Assembly: GCA_963778115.1 (NCBI GenBank)
Contig: CAVZSV010000004.1
Span: 1,728,001 to 1,792,000, forward strand
Direction: 5' to 3'
Origin: an uncultured delta proteobacterium
GTDB lineage: Bacteria; Bdellovibrionota; FAC87; UBA2466
Length of the DNA stretch: 64,000 nt
Positions 53,762 through 63,691 of this stretch are shown piece after piece. Every line of letters starts with the position of its first letter. The stretch's first letter is position 1. The position numbers and the translations under genes are program-made. The notes under the pieces are model-generated. The model was given only the letters and a program-made list of their open reading frames with translations. It searched no databases and was not told the DNA's origin.

Positions 53762-55953
53762 ACATTGCCTCATCAAAGAAAAAAACTCAGTGGATTGTAG
53801 CTGTCGTTCTCGTTTTTACCCAGGTACTAACCTGCTCTTTCATTCATAGCGAGGATTTCTGGCGGCTGCACTTTTTCGAAACGGGGGTGACAGCCTTCTT
53901 TTACCAGGTTTCGCGCTTAATTCTATTTACGTTGCTCCTATTATGGCCAGTCACTCTGGGACGAATCCTAGCGCGGCGTTTCTTTTCGTTTTCACGCCAT
54001 AAGACGGCGGATCTGGAGTTAGTGTTACACAGTTTTTTCTTAGGATCGGCAGCCCTTAACCTCTTGGGCGCCGTAATGGCGATCCTGGGACTTCTCTCTT
54101 GGCCACTGCTTCTTTTCCTAAGTATCGTCCTGTCCGCTTTGATACCGTTCATTCTTATCGACGACTTTTTTAGCTTAAAGAAAGAATGGCGGACCCTGCG
54201 AAAGTCTAAAGCGCAGGTAGCAGCGTACTGCCTTGTCTTTATTGAAGTGGGGTACTTGCTCCTCGCTAAAGGATTCCCCCCTGATCGCGACGCCGGCGAC
54301 ACCTTGGGCCACTATCTACCGTTCTTGCAGTCGGTGGTCGATCAAGGAAAGCTGTCTTGGCCTACCCCGTTTTACATCGATCTCTTTTTCCTCAAAGGGA
54401 TGGGATTCACGCTATCGGCGGCCTCTCTCACTGATATCAATGTGACTCAACTCATCTCTTACGCGTTTTATTTAATGGCGGGCGGCGTCCTCCTTTTCTG
54501 GTTGAGAAGGGCTTTCCAGAAAACAAACCCGTTATTCGTCCCCTTTGTCATGTTCTGTTACTTTTCAAGTAGCCTAATCCGGGGAATGGAATTTCAAAAA
54601 ATGCATGTCATGAGCGGAGCCTTTTTACTCTACTTAATGTTGGCTATCGGGCGTTGGTCCCACTTTGTAAAAGAGAAGCGTTACTTGCCCATGGTCCTTT
54701 TCATCACAAGCGCTTTCGCACTCATGAATCCCCCGTACATGATCTTCGTGGGAATATTGCTTTTTGTGGAAGGGTTGCTTTGCCTTAAACCTTTCGATCG
54801 CCCCCGCCTTACCCAGCTTTCTGTTATAGCGGCGACCGTTTTGCTTTCAGTAGCCTTTCTATTGAGCGCCAATTATCTCTTTACCGGAATCGCCGAGATA
54901 ACTCCTTTCTCCTCCGTTTTAAAATTATCTAGTTCCGCCAGGCGACCGGCGGGAATTTTGCTGTGGTATGTCCGCTATGTTTCTTTAGAAGGAGGAACCC
55001 GTGCGGGATCGCTACTTTCAGCCGGAGGAGGAGATCATTTTAAGTCGCTCTGGGGAATCTTAAGTGAGGGGCTATTGGGAGAAGCCCACTCGGCAATTAC
55101 TGCTATTTTTGCGCTTTTGGGGCTTGTAGTTGCCACAATTTTTACGGTACGAAGACTTTCCTCTCGAAAGGAACTACTGCGACAATTTTGGATGACCGTG
55201 GCATTTCTTCTGGTTCTCTTCATCACCAAAGGAATAGTCACGCAGACCTCTTTTGTTCGTGGACTCACTTTCCTTTCGGCACTTCAATGCTTCTTCTGGG
55301 CCACAATAGCGATAACTCTTAAACAAGCTTTGCCGCGTTCAGCACCGGGAAAATTCGGTGGTTATTTATGGATGCTTCTCCTTTTGCCTTTACTTTGGAT
55401 GGGCACGGTTCGGCTTTGGGATCTTGGCCAGTATTCCTTGGATTTGGCGACTGGCAGACTGAGCTTTGGAGAGTACTATGGCTTCTCGCTGTCGGATCCG
55501 TGTATTGAAGCGCGATCCAAAATCCAGCCGACAGAAAGATTAACTCTCCTTCACGTGATTGCGACGTGTGTCGGAAATCCCGTGGCAAGAGTAGATTATC
55601 CCGATCCCCAAAACTTCATGGATGGAGCTGAACCTATCTTTACCGAGGAACCCCATTTGGCCCGCAAGGCCTTCGAAAAACTAGGAGTAAACCATTTCCT
55701 TCTTATCCCCGGCGAGAGCATGTATTTCTTTGCGGCGATGCCGGTCTTTCAACCCGACTTTGTTAGAGAGAATCTAAAGTTTGAGACCAAACTTCGAAAC
55801 GGCTATTTGCTGACGTGGCGCAAGGAGGGAGAGGCCCCTTTAAGCGAAGGACTTCTTGAGATTTATCGAAAGGCCGTTGCCAACCCGCAAAATGCGACGG
55901 CTAAAGCCTTCTTCCAAGAGTGGGTGAGGCGCAGAAACGAGGGCGAGAGGTAA
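53758..55953 (+). CDS. polytopic integral membrane protein (possible GT-C type transferase)
   Basis: 731 aa, many TM segments, loop motif GDTLGHYLP, soluble C-terminal domain; 4-nt overlap with the E1 beta stop. Confidence 0.75.
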   Translation: MNIASSKKKTQWIVAVVLVFTQVLTCSFIHSEDFWRLHFFETGVTAFFYQVSRLILFTLLLLWPVTLGRILARRFFSFSRHKTADLELVLHSFFLGSAALNLLGAVMAILGLLSWPLLLFLSIVLSALIPFILIDDFFSLKKEWRTLRKSKAQVAAYCLVFIEVGYLLLAKGFPPDRDAGDTLGHYLPFLQSVVDQGKLSWPTPFYIDLFFLKGMGFTLSAASLTDINVTQLISYAFYLMAGGVLLFWLRRAFQKTNPLFVPFVMFCYFSSSLIRGMEFQKMHVMSGAFLLYLMLAIGRWSHFVKEKRYLPMVLFITSAFALMNPPYMIFVGILLFVEGLLCLKPFDRPRLTQLSVIAATVLLSVAFLLSANYLFTGIAEITPFSSVLKLSSSARRPAGILLWYVRYVSLEGGTRAGSLLSAGGGDHFKSLWGILSEGLLGEAHSAITAIFALLGLVVATIFTVRRLSSRKELLRQFWMTVAFLLVLFITKGIVTQTSFVRGLTFLSALQCFFWATIAITLKQALPRSAPGKFGGYLWMLLLLPLLWMGTVRLWDLGQYSLDLATGRLSFGEYYGFSLSDPCIEARSKIQPTERLTLLHVIATCVGNPVARVDYPDPQNFMDGAEPIFTEEPHLARKAFEKLGVNHFLLIPGESMYFFAAMPVFQPDFVRENLKFETKLRNGYLLTWRKEGEAPLSEGLLEIYRKAVANPQNATAKAFFQEWVRRRNEGER

Positions 55954-55955
55954 AA

Positions 55956-57497
55956 CTACTGCAAAGCGGCTTTGATAAATTTGAAATACGGCGGCTTCAT
56001 AATGGGAGTCCGATTGCATACTATCTCCACCGCCATCGCACCGGCGGCATTCCCGGCAAATCCCAAAATATCTAAATCTGTATTTCTAGCGGCCAGCATC
56101 GAGGTGACCGCATAATAGGCGTCTCCTGCCCCCACCCTATCTACTATTTTTGTTGAGAAACACGGAGTCTCGACCAATTTTTCACCGCCGCCCGTACAAG
56201 TAATCGAACCATTGTGACCTCGCGTAATCGTGATCGTGGTGTCCGCAGGATGAAGTGAGGCAAACCGTCTCACCAATTGGTGAATATCTCCGTATTTGTC
56301 TTCGAGTGCCAAACGAAGTTCAGGCTCGTCGATGGAAATGTAATGAGCCTTTTTGTATTTGGTGACCAAGTTATAGCCTTGATTGGCGCTATTGGTCTGA
56401 ACATTGATGCTTAGAAATCGAGAAGATTCCATCAGAAGATCGCGAATCTTAGGCGTCATCATACCGTGGCCGTAGTCCGCGACAAAAACCAAATCATAAT
56501 CGCCCACGACTTTCGCTAAATGTGAGCAGATCTCTTTTTCGACGTCTACTGGCAGGGGTTCGTCATTCAAAAAAGAGAGTTGAAACATTTTGGTGAGAAA
56601 AGCAGGCTCAACATAACGAGTCTTGGTGGTTGTAGGAGCATCCAACCGGTAGAAAAATTTGGCTTTCACCGTTTCGGTTAACTGCTGTTCGATTAAATCT
56701 TGTTTGGGATCTTTACTTCCCAGACAAGTAACCAAATCCACATTCTTGGAAAAAGAAGCGATATGGTTGGCGCAAGCGATGATTCCACCCGGGAACGTTT
56801 CCGAATTCAAAAATCTAGTCGAGACTATCGTCTCTTTAGGAGACTTTCCCAACGGCTGACAATAGACATATTCATCGACGATCGTGTCTCCAACGAGAAG
56901 GACTTTGAGATCCCTAAGCCCTTCCAGTTTTTCCACGAGTGAATCGACGTTGTGATTACTCTTGAAACCGGCCAAGAAAGTTCGTGCCTTTTCCGGATAG
57001 ACCCCGAAATAACTATTAATGAGTTGAGTCGAACTAAAAGTGACGTCGTTGGTAAAGTAGATCCTACCGCCATTTTTCTCAACAGCGGCTTCTTCCGCTC
57101 TAATGCCTTGAGTAATGTCTTTTTCGGGATCGGCATAGTCCGGCCCTTTGACATAAATATTGGGCTTGATGGCTTGGATGACTTCGACAGCCGTGGGCGT
57201 TTCGCTAATCACCACGTAATCCACCACAGCCAGGGCCGCCAAAGACTCGGCCCTTAACATTTCCGAAAAGGCCGGTCGTCCGGGCCCCTTATTGACGAAT
57301 TTGTCTTTCGTGAGCGAGACCACCAAAACATCACCAAAAGTCTTCGCTTCGCTCAGATGACGGATGTGTCCCGGATGAATGAGATCAAAGACCCCATGGC
57401 ATTGGATGATCTTTTTTCCCGCCTCTCGAAAGGGGGATAGAACGGCTTGGATTTGGGAGAAAGGGATGACTTTTGACCTGGTGTCTTCAGAGCTCAT
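55956..57497 (-). CDS. bifunctional cytidylyltransferase-like / PfkB kinase (HldE-like, reversed domain order)
   Basis: HGVFDLIHPGH, NKGPGRP, YVKGPDY; GDTIVDEY, DYGHG, DRVGAGDAY. Confidence 0.9.
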   Translation of the reverse strand: MSSEDTRSKVIPFSQIQAVLSPFREAGKKIIQCHGVFDLIHPGHIRHLSEAKTFGDVLVVSLTKDKFVNKGPGRPAFSEMLRAESLAALAVVDYVVISETPTAVEVIQAIKPNIYVKGPDYADPEKDITQGIRAEEAAVEKNGGRIYFTNDVTFSSTQLINSYFGVYPEKARTFLAGFKSNHNVDSLVEKLEGLRDLKVLLVGDTIVDEYVYCQPLGKSPKETIVSTRFLNSETFPGGIIACANHIASFSKNVDLVTCLGSKDPKQDLIEQQLTETVKAKFFYRLDAPTTTKTRYVEPAFLTKMFQLSFLNDEPLPVDVEKEICSHLAKVVGDYDLVFVADYGHGMMTPKIRDLLMESSRFLSINVQTNSANQGYNLVTKYKKAHYISIDEPELRLALEDKYGDIHQLVRRFASLHPADTTITITRGHNGSITCTGGGEKLVETPCFSTKIVDRVGAGDAYYAVTSMLAARNTDLDILGFAGNAAGAMAVEIVCNRTPIMKPPYFKFIKAALQ

Positions 57498-57685
57498 ATT
57501 TCACGTCATTCCCCTGCTAGTCGGATAAAGCGTTCAGCCACGAATGGCAAGGAAAAACACCAGAGCTCTGTCTATCAAATGAGCTATGGTAACCCCAAGC
57601 GCGCTGCCCCCTTGCGTATTCCAGGGGTCTATTCACAAAGCGTTCTCTTTACCGCATCAATCTAGCCTCTCAAGGCTTGCCTCAT

Positions 57686-57701
57686 AGGTATGTGAATTGC
57701 A
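57686..57701 (+). promoter_or_regulatory. putative sigma-54 promoter
   Basis: AGGTATGTGAATTGCA: GG-N10-GC upstream of the 57757 gene. Confidence 0.35.
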
Positions 57702-57756
57702 CCCTATTTGCCCCGGGGAAGGAGGGGTATGTCTAGAATAGGAAGTAGCGATCGAC

Positions 57757-58896
57757 TTGAAAAAGTTTATTCTCATAGCGCTACTCTCTTATCCTTTTAG
57801 CCCTGCTCTCGCGGAGCCTCCTCCTGCGATCGCCGAGGCGCCCATTCGCCGATCCAGGATCGTTTATGTCGAGCGCGCTAACCCTTGCGATCCCGCTCTA
57901 AAACAACTCTTCGCGGAACTTATGGTCCACGCAAATGAGGACACCACTCGCGCTCCCGGCAACGGAGACTATCTCAATTTCTTGGTGTCTGTGGTTCCCG
58001 ACGAACACGGCGGTTATCAAGCAGTCCTTCTCAAATCCGCTCAGCCTAGCCTAAACGCCCACGTGGACCTAATGCAGGTGGCCCACCTACTCTCCAGAGA
58101 TACTGGAGGAGACGCTCGCGTGGTTCATGTCGGTGGCGGAGAGACGGTGGGAAACTATTCTGTTTTCATCGATACTGCGGGTACGTTTGCCGCAAGAAGC
58201 CTACCCAACAACTTAGATGAGGCGGTTAATTTAATCGAAGAGAGTTGGGTAGGACAGCAACTACTGGCCGGGCGAACTCCAAAAAGGGTTCACTACCAGG
58301 ACAGGGAGGGAAACGGCCATTTAAATCCCAGAATCCTTTCAAAGGGGGAACCTGGAGATGTCTATTCCGTTTTCCACGATGCTCGTAGTGGAATTGTCGC
58401 GATCTTGGGACCGTTTGAAGTGAGAAGGGCGTACTTGGCTACTGGCTCCACGGAAGCCACGGTGGACGATGAAATTCCACAGGATCTCTGGACTCCTATC
58501 GGTAGGGCTGAGAACGTAAATCCGATCTTGGCCCTCATCGATCTTCTCAAAGTCCCCGTACGAAATCCGTTAGCCCACGGCTCGCAACCGACCGGCCAAA
58601 ACGCGATCACCGACGGAAAGGTCTTTATTCCTAGTTACGTTCTTCCCGAAGGTTTTGGTCCCATCGAGGAAGTCTTACCGCCCAAGTTGCAAAAACTTCG
58701 CGATCTCTTAGTCAAAGCTAGAGATGGAAAGATCGATCCGCCTAACAAGACAGCACTTACTCCCTCTGAATTGACCATTTTGGACCAATATACTCGAGCC
58801 CTCCTGGCGGGTTTGAGCGATCCTCCGATAGAGGTGCACCATCTAGGAAGAGTGGAAAAAGGGACCGATGGATTGTGGCATATTGTTGGACCTTAG
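57757..58896 (+). CDS. secreted hypothetical protein
   Basis: Signal peptide ending ALA; 379 aa; no family recognised. Confidence 0.78.
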   Translation: MKKFILIALLSYPFSPALAEPPPAIAEAPIRRSRIVYVERANPCDPALKQLFAELMVHANEDTTRAPGNGDYLNFLVSVVPDEHGGYQAVLLKSAQPSLNAHVDLMQVAHLLSRDTGGDARVVHVGGGETVGNYSVFIDTAGTFAARSLPNNLDEAVNLIEESWVGQQLLAGRTPKRVHYQDREGNGHLNPRILSKGEPGDVYSVFHDARSGIVAILGPFEVRRAYLATGSTEATVDDEIPQDLWTPIGRAENVNPILALIDLLKVPVRNPLAHGSQPTGQNAITDGKVFIPSYVLPEGFGPIEEVLPPKLQKLRDLLVKARDGKIDPPNKTALTPSELTILDQYTRALLAGLSDPPIEVHHLGRVEKGTDGLWHIVGP

Positions 58897-58910
58897 CCCT
58901 TGGTATTCGA

Positions 58911-59423
58911 CTATGACTTCTTTTTTTCTAATTCAAAGTGCTTGCAGGCCGTCGTGATGCCAAAGAAGGTCACCGAGACATCTTTCACGTAGCGAAAACC
59001 TAACTTCTCGAGCAGCTTTACCGCGGCAAGGTTTTCCTCATTAGTACCAGCGGTAATTCGACGAATGCCATGGTTGCGAAAGACGTCTTCGATTAGGGCT
59101 TTGGAAATTTCAAATCCCAATCCCTTGCCGTGAAACTCCTCATAAAAGACCCAGCCTAAATTTGCTTCGTTCTCGAAATATTTGATACCGGCAAATCCAA
59201 TAATCTTTTTCGTCGCTTTGTCTCGAATAAAGCCGGTCCCGAACCCATGAAATTTCCACTGTTCCACCGTGGCAGCGAGGATCGCTCGAGTGACTTCCGC
59301 GGTCCTTGCTCCCCCCATGTGTTTCATCGCTACGGGATCGGAATAGAGCGAAAATAAAAGAGAAAAATCTTGCGGCGTGGGCCTCAAGAACTCTAGCCGC
59401 TGAGTATGGAGATAGACGGACAT
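58911..59423 (-). CDS. GNAT N-acetyltransferase (RimJ/RimL-like)
   Basis: TQRLEFLRP, FHGKGLGFE, NLAAVKLLEKLGF. Confidence 0.92.
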   Translation of the reverse strand: MSVYLHTQRLEFLRPTPQDFSLLFSLYSDPVAMKHMGGARTAEVTRAILAATVEQWKFHGFGTGFIRDKATKKIIGFAGIKYFENEANLGWVFYEEFHGKGLGFEISKALIEDVFRNHGIRRITAGTNEENLAAVKLLEKLGFRYVKDVSVTFFGITTACKHFELEKKKS

Positions 59424-59530
59424 TTTTAAATGATACCCACTTTTCTTAAGGTCTCATTCTTTATAGTTGACTCATGGCAACGCGTTCCTTAACGATGCCC
59501 ACCACGAGGGCAAAATTAGAGGTATTTCTT

Positions 59531-60256
59531 ATGAGAACCCTTTCCGCCTTTTTCTTCGCTGTTTCGATTTACTTAAACCCCGTTGTATTAGCCGACATCG
59601 TAAGCCAAACCAGTGACGACGCTCGAATTCTCCAAGCATGGAGAGGAACTGACCCGTTCACCCTTAACCTAGCTCATTGTACGGGCAAAGATCCCGCCAT
59701 AGGGAAATCAGGAACTAAAGACTGTTCAGAAGCGGCTCAGAAGTTGGCTCGACTTCCCGGAGCGGATCGCGATAGCCCCGCTCTTAACAGCTGGAATCTT
59801 CCGGTCGACAATAACGGAGGAAACGTCTCTTCCCGATTTTATGTGGGAAGCCTTGTGGAAATACGGGTGGTCGTAAAAAGTGCCGTCTTAAGTTCTAAGA
59901 CCTTCTCGGGAATCGGATTCTATTATGAGAATATGTTAGCCGATCAAACCACCTTCGTTCCCAAAGATAAATTACACATCGTCAGTACGAACGATGTCAC
60001 CCTGGCCTCCACGGGAGAAATGGCCAAAGTGCTTCGCTTCACCCTCTACATGCCGGGCGAACAAGGAAACTCAGCCACAGGTTGGTCGATGGACAGCGTC
60101 GAGTTTAAGCCTTTTGCGCAATTCGATGCGGACGGAAAGACCTATCAAAATTGGGATCCTTCCGCAAAAAACTACCGCATTTATCGAGAGAATAGCGGAG
60201 CTGGCGTCCCGCAAGTGACGACTCTGAATTTTGAATCTTCGCTTCTTAAGAAGTGA
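59531..60256 (+). CDS. secreted hypothetical protein
   Basis: GAGGT before ATG 59531; signal peptide ending VLA; beta-rich body. Confidence 0.78.
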   Translation: MRTLSAFFFAVSIYLNPVVLADIVSQTSDDARILQAWRGTDPFTLNLAHCTGKDPAIGKSGTKDCSEAAQKLARLPGADRDSPALNSWNLPVDNNGGNVSSRFYVGSLVEIRVVVKSAVLSSKTFSGIGFYYENMLADQTTFVPKDKLHIVSTNDVTLASTGEMAKVLRFTLYMPGEQGNSATGWSMDSVEFKPFAQFDADGKTYQNWDPSAKNYRIYRENSGAGVPQVTTLNFESSLLKK

Positions 60257-60268
60257 ACCGTCTTTTCT

Positions 60269-61366
60269 CTAATGACAGGCCGGTCCGGCACACCCTGAAG
60301 TGAGCCAGGTTTTCGCTTGAGTCACAAACTCGTTTCGTGCCGCCACCACAGCCGCGCTGTCAGAAGGATCGGGAGCGTTGAGATCAAAGTGATGTCCCGC
60401 TCCATCGATCATCAGAATTGAGATGGTGGTGTTCGAGTTGGTTTGTGTCGAAAGTCCCAGCGTCGTCCAGATGTCATCCGATCCGTAAGTGAATAAGATG
60501 TTCGAGGGTGCCCCGCTAGTGTTCGAGATAAAGGGCAGATCGTAGTCTTGATTGTAAGTCGTACTATTAAAGTAGGGAACATCGCCAAAGACTTGGCTAC
60601 ACAAAGACTGCCCAGGCAGATAGATGACAGAACCCGGAGTGGCTCCTTCCGCTTCCCAGAAACCAAGGAACGTGCAAGCTTGGTATGCCCACTGTCTCTC
60701 TCCCGTATCGCTGGAAGGATCGGTGGACTCAAGACTTGCTATATCCGGATCCGTGTTAAGGGGCGTTCCTATTCCCGAAATCATGGGAGCCGAAGAGGCC
60801 AAGGCACCCGCGACCAATTCCGGATGCTTCTGACGATAAAGGGCTGAAAGTGTCCCGGAGTAAGAACCTCCCACCGAAACCCATTGTCCAGTCCAGCCCT
60901 GGTTTTGAGTCATCCATCTTTGGAAGGTGGCCAAATCTTCCATCACATTATCGACAGTCAAATACTGCAAATGATCGGTGGAAAGATCCGAGAAAGGAAG
61001 ACTTTGCCCGTAGTAACGGTGTTCGAGATAGACCAGATTGGCGCCCAACGTCTTTGCCCATGGGATCGCATTGTCATTGAGAAAGTAACCTTGCTCGGCG
61101 TCGCCTTCTCCACAGATATGATAGATCACCGGGGCGTTGGTCGCGCTGGAAGCATACTCAGTATCCACCCAGTACCTTTGCGCAAAGGTCTGATCGCCAG
61201 CTTTGCCGAAATGATCGATATTTTGCTGAAATGTCCCCTCGACGAGGGCCGCAGGTTTTACAATGTTGACCGGTTTCTTGGGAGCGAAACGGATATGGTT
61301 ATCGTCCCAAGCGAACGAAAAAGAAGGCAATAAAAGTAGCATAGCGATGATGGTTGCGATTTTCAT
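60269..61366 (-). CDS. secreted S28 family serine peptidase
   Basis: QNIDHF, FAQRYW, LEHRYYGQS, GGSYSG, ASSAP, GSDDIW, GHHFDL; signal peptide from ATG 61366. Confidence 0.92.
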   Translation of the reverse strand: MKIATIIAMLLLLPSFSFAWDDNHIRFAPKKPVNIVKPAALVEGTFQQNIDHFGKAGDQTFAQRYWVDTEYASSATNAPVIYHICGEGDAEQGYFLNDNAIPWAKTLGANLVYLEHRYYGQSLPFSDLSTDHLQYLTVDNVMEDLATFQRWMTQNQGWTGQWVSVGGSYSGTLSALYRQKHPELVAGALASSAPMISGIGTPLNTDPDIASLESTDPSSDTGERQWAYQACTFLGFWEAEGATPGSVIYLPGQSLCSQVFGDVPYFNSTTYNQDYDLPFISNTSGAPSNILFTYGSDDIWTTLGLSTQTNSNTTISILMIDGAGHHFDLNAPDPSDSAAVVAARNEFVTQAKTWLTSGCAGPACH

Positions 61367-61561
61367 GGAGTCCCCCGTTAAAAAACGTCCCCATCGTACC
61401 AAACTGCCGGAATTAAGTATTTGCGCCATGACCCAAGATCTTCATGGCCCCATGACAATATGAGTCAATGGGCCGTACCTTTTTGTAGGGAAAAATTCTC
61501 AAACGTTGCCGAAATTGCCTTTTGGGCAAGTTACAATCTTTTGTGCCATAATCATTACGCT

Positions 61562-63691
61562 GTGTCAGATTTACGCTTAATCCTAGGCCTACTTCCGATT
61601 TTGACGGCAACAATTGCCTCGGCAAAGGGTACGGCAACTGCCTTACACGCTCCGCCTAAGCCGATTTCTGAAGACGTTCCCTTAAATTCTGAACAGGTTA
61701 CCCTCACCGGAATAGTAGCGGAACTTTCCCCTACCGAAGTTCTATTCAGAACCGCAGATCAAGATATAAAAATAAGCCTCAAAGAGCTTCCTGAGCCGTT
61801 TCAGAAAGCTCTTCATGGTAGTCCTAAAGAGATTCAACCTTGGAGATTTCCCGAGAAAGCCATTATTTCACGGACCGACGTTGCTTTCGGGATCCGCCCT
61901 GATTGCACCGAACTTCCTTTAAGTGTCGGTAAGTTAGATTCCATTGCCAATTCAAGTAGCGATCAGATCGATTTCTTAAGGAATATTCCGGGAGGAACGC
62001 TATCGACGTTTACCTTCGTCACCCATAGTCTTAGCTCTCAGCGCGGCGTTGATGCCGACGGAAAGCCGAAAGGCGACGTCCGTCCCCTGTGGCCTCGAGT
62101 GGTCAGAACCTCAATCGACGGAAAGCTTACTCTGACGTACGTATGTGATCCCGAAAATCCCAGTTACGGAAAGGTCGAAGCCATTTACTACGATGACGCT
62201 ACCGACAGCCTTCAATCCAAGGAATATAGTTTCCACAACGAACCAGGGGTAGGCGAAGGGAAAAGGGTCCTTACGAATTCAAGTTCCTGTATCCAATGCC
62301 ACGGCACCACCAGCGTGAAAGGCGTCGCAAGCTTTAAACACGTTTGGAACGAATATTCTGACTGGGGAGATTGCGTGCGCACCCGAGGAATTGCGCTCTA
62401 CGGATCTAACGATGACAATATGGGCTCGGGGTATAGAAAAAGATACCATCTTTCAAAATCAAAATACCCTGACGGCTGCACGGAAGAAGAAGATATCGCC
62501 GCCATAGAGCAAGAAAAAACAGACTACCAAAATTTCAAACGGCTGCAGAAGGATAACCCCTGCTACCAGCTTTTGCCGTGGCCTAAGATCCCCCCAGGAA
62601 AGGAGCAAAGCCGACTCGCTCTTTACTATCCCTACGCCGACGATGCGCTGGGCCAGGTCTCTGAGACCGGCGGCGACTATAACTTCTCGCGCCGGGCGAA
62701 TCTGAGAATTACCAAAGCCTTCAGCCATCTCCAAGCCAAGCGAATTACCAAACTGATGAAAGATGATCCTAGCTACAACGCAGCCAAATATTTTCTCGCG
62801 ATGGAAGGAGCCCATTGCCGAGAGAAGGGAGAGACAGATCAATTAGTGGCATGTCTTGGAATGAAATTGGATCGAACGCCCACGGATTCCGATCCCAATG
62901 CATCGGATATAGAAATACATAATGACCCCAAAAGCTCTCTTCCGATTCTTTTCAACTATGGAAAGTTTATCGGAATGGACGATTCTGAGTGGAATTTGGA
63001 GTTTAAATTACCAGGAGTTCCCAGTTACCGGATGGGGACGGCCGAGGTAGGAATCGCAGATTTAGTAGCTGGAGAAATTTTGCGCGATATAGGAAAAAAG
63101 GATCCCTCGATAGCGACTCAATTCCCTCAGCTAACCGACTCTCCCGAAACGAGTCAGGGAGGAAAATCCTACCGTTGTTTGGACGATGTAAGCGCCCCTA
63201 TCGCTTATGCGGTAAGCGGAATATCAACGGATGAATCTCTCTGTACGATTCTAAGAACCGACGCCATGGCCCACCTAGACACTCTAAAAAAGGAAGGCAA
63301 ATGCAATGCTCACTCCGCTTCGCTACCTTCCTCTGTTAGCTCCGTTACGCACGACCCCCTCGATCCCGCTTCGGTAGAACGCGGAAGAAAATTGGCGATG
63401 AACGGCCATAAAGGCAATTGCACTTCTTGCCATAGCCCCACCACCGAAAATAGCCACGCTTATCCTAAGGAAATTCTCTTCTTACCGAGTGGGAGTCTTC
63501 CCGCCTCTCAAAATAGCCGAGCCCTCGCCCTTCTCAAAGGACGAGGAGCTGGAAATTTCTTCGATTCGCTAAAAACTCGCTTAGTCACGCTTTCCGACAT
63601 GCCGCCGAAGGGTTTTGGGCAACTCCTCACCCCCCAAGACAAAACCGATCTTCAAAGTTACTTTCGAAGTCTCATCGATACACAAAGGTAG
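61562..63691 (+). CDS. exported protein with two c-type haem motifs
   Basis: CIQCH and CTSCH; C-terminal class I cytochrome c-like domain (RGRKLA...CTSCH...DMPP); GTG 61562 gives a signal peptide, ORF open from 61421. Confidence 0.8.
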   Translation: MSDLRLILGLLPILTATIASAKGTATALHAPPKPISEDVPLNSEQVTLTGIVAELSPTEVLFRTADQDIKISLKELPEPFQKALHGSPKEIQPWRFPEKAIISRTDVAFGIRPDCTELPLSVGKLDSIANSSSDQIDFLRNIPGGTLSTFTFVTHSLSSQRGVDADGKPKGDVRPLWPRVVRTSIDGKLTLTYVCDPENPSYGKVEAIYYDDATDSLQSKEYSFHNEPGVGEGKRVLTNSSSCIQCHGTTSVKGVASFKHVWNEYSDWGDCVRTRGIALYGSNDDNMGSGYRKRYHLSKSKYPDGCTEEEDIAAIEQEKTDYQNFKRLQKDNPCYQLLPWPKIPPGKEQSRLALYYPYADDALGQVSETGGDYNFSRRANLRITKAFSHLQAKRITKLMKDDPSYNAAKYFLAMEGAHCREKGETDQLVACLGMKLDRTPTDSDPNASDIEIHNDPKSSLPILFNYGKFIGMDDSEWNLEFKLPGVPSYRMGTAEVGIADLVAGEILRDIGKKDPSIATQFPQLTDSPETSQGGKSYRCLDDVSAPIAYAVSGISTDESLCTILRTDAMAHLDTLKKEGKCNAHSASLPSSVSSVTHDPLDPASVERGRKLAMNGHKGNCTSCHSPTTENSHAYPKEILFLPSGSLPASQNSRALALLKGRGAGNFFDSLKTRLVTLSDMPPKGFGQLLTPQDKTDLQSYFRSLIDTQR

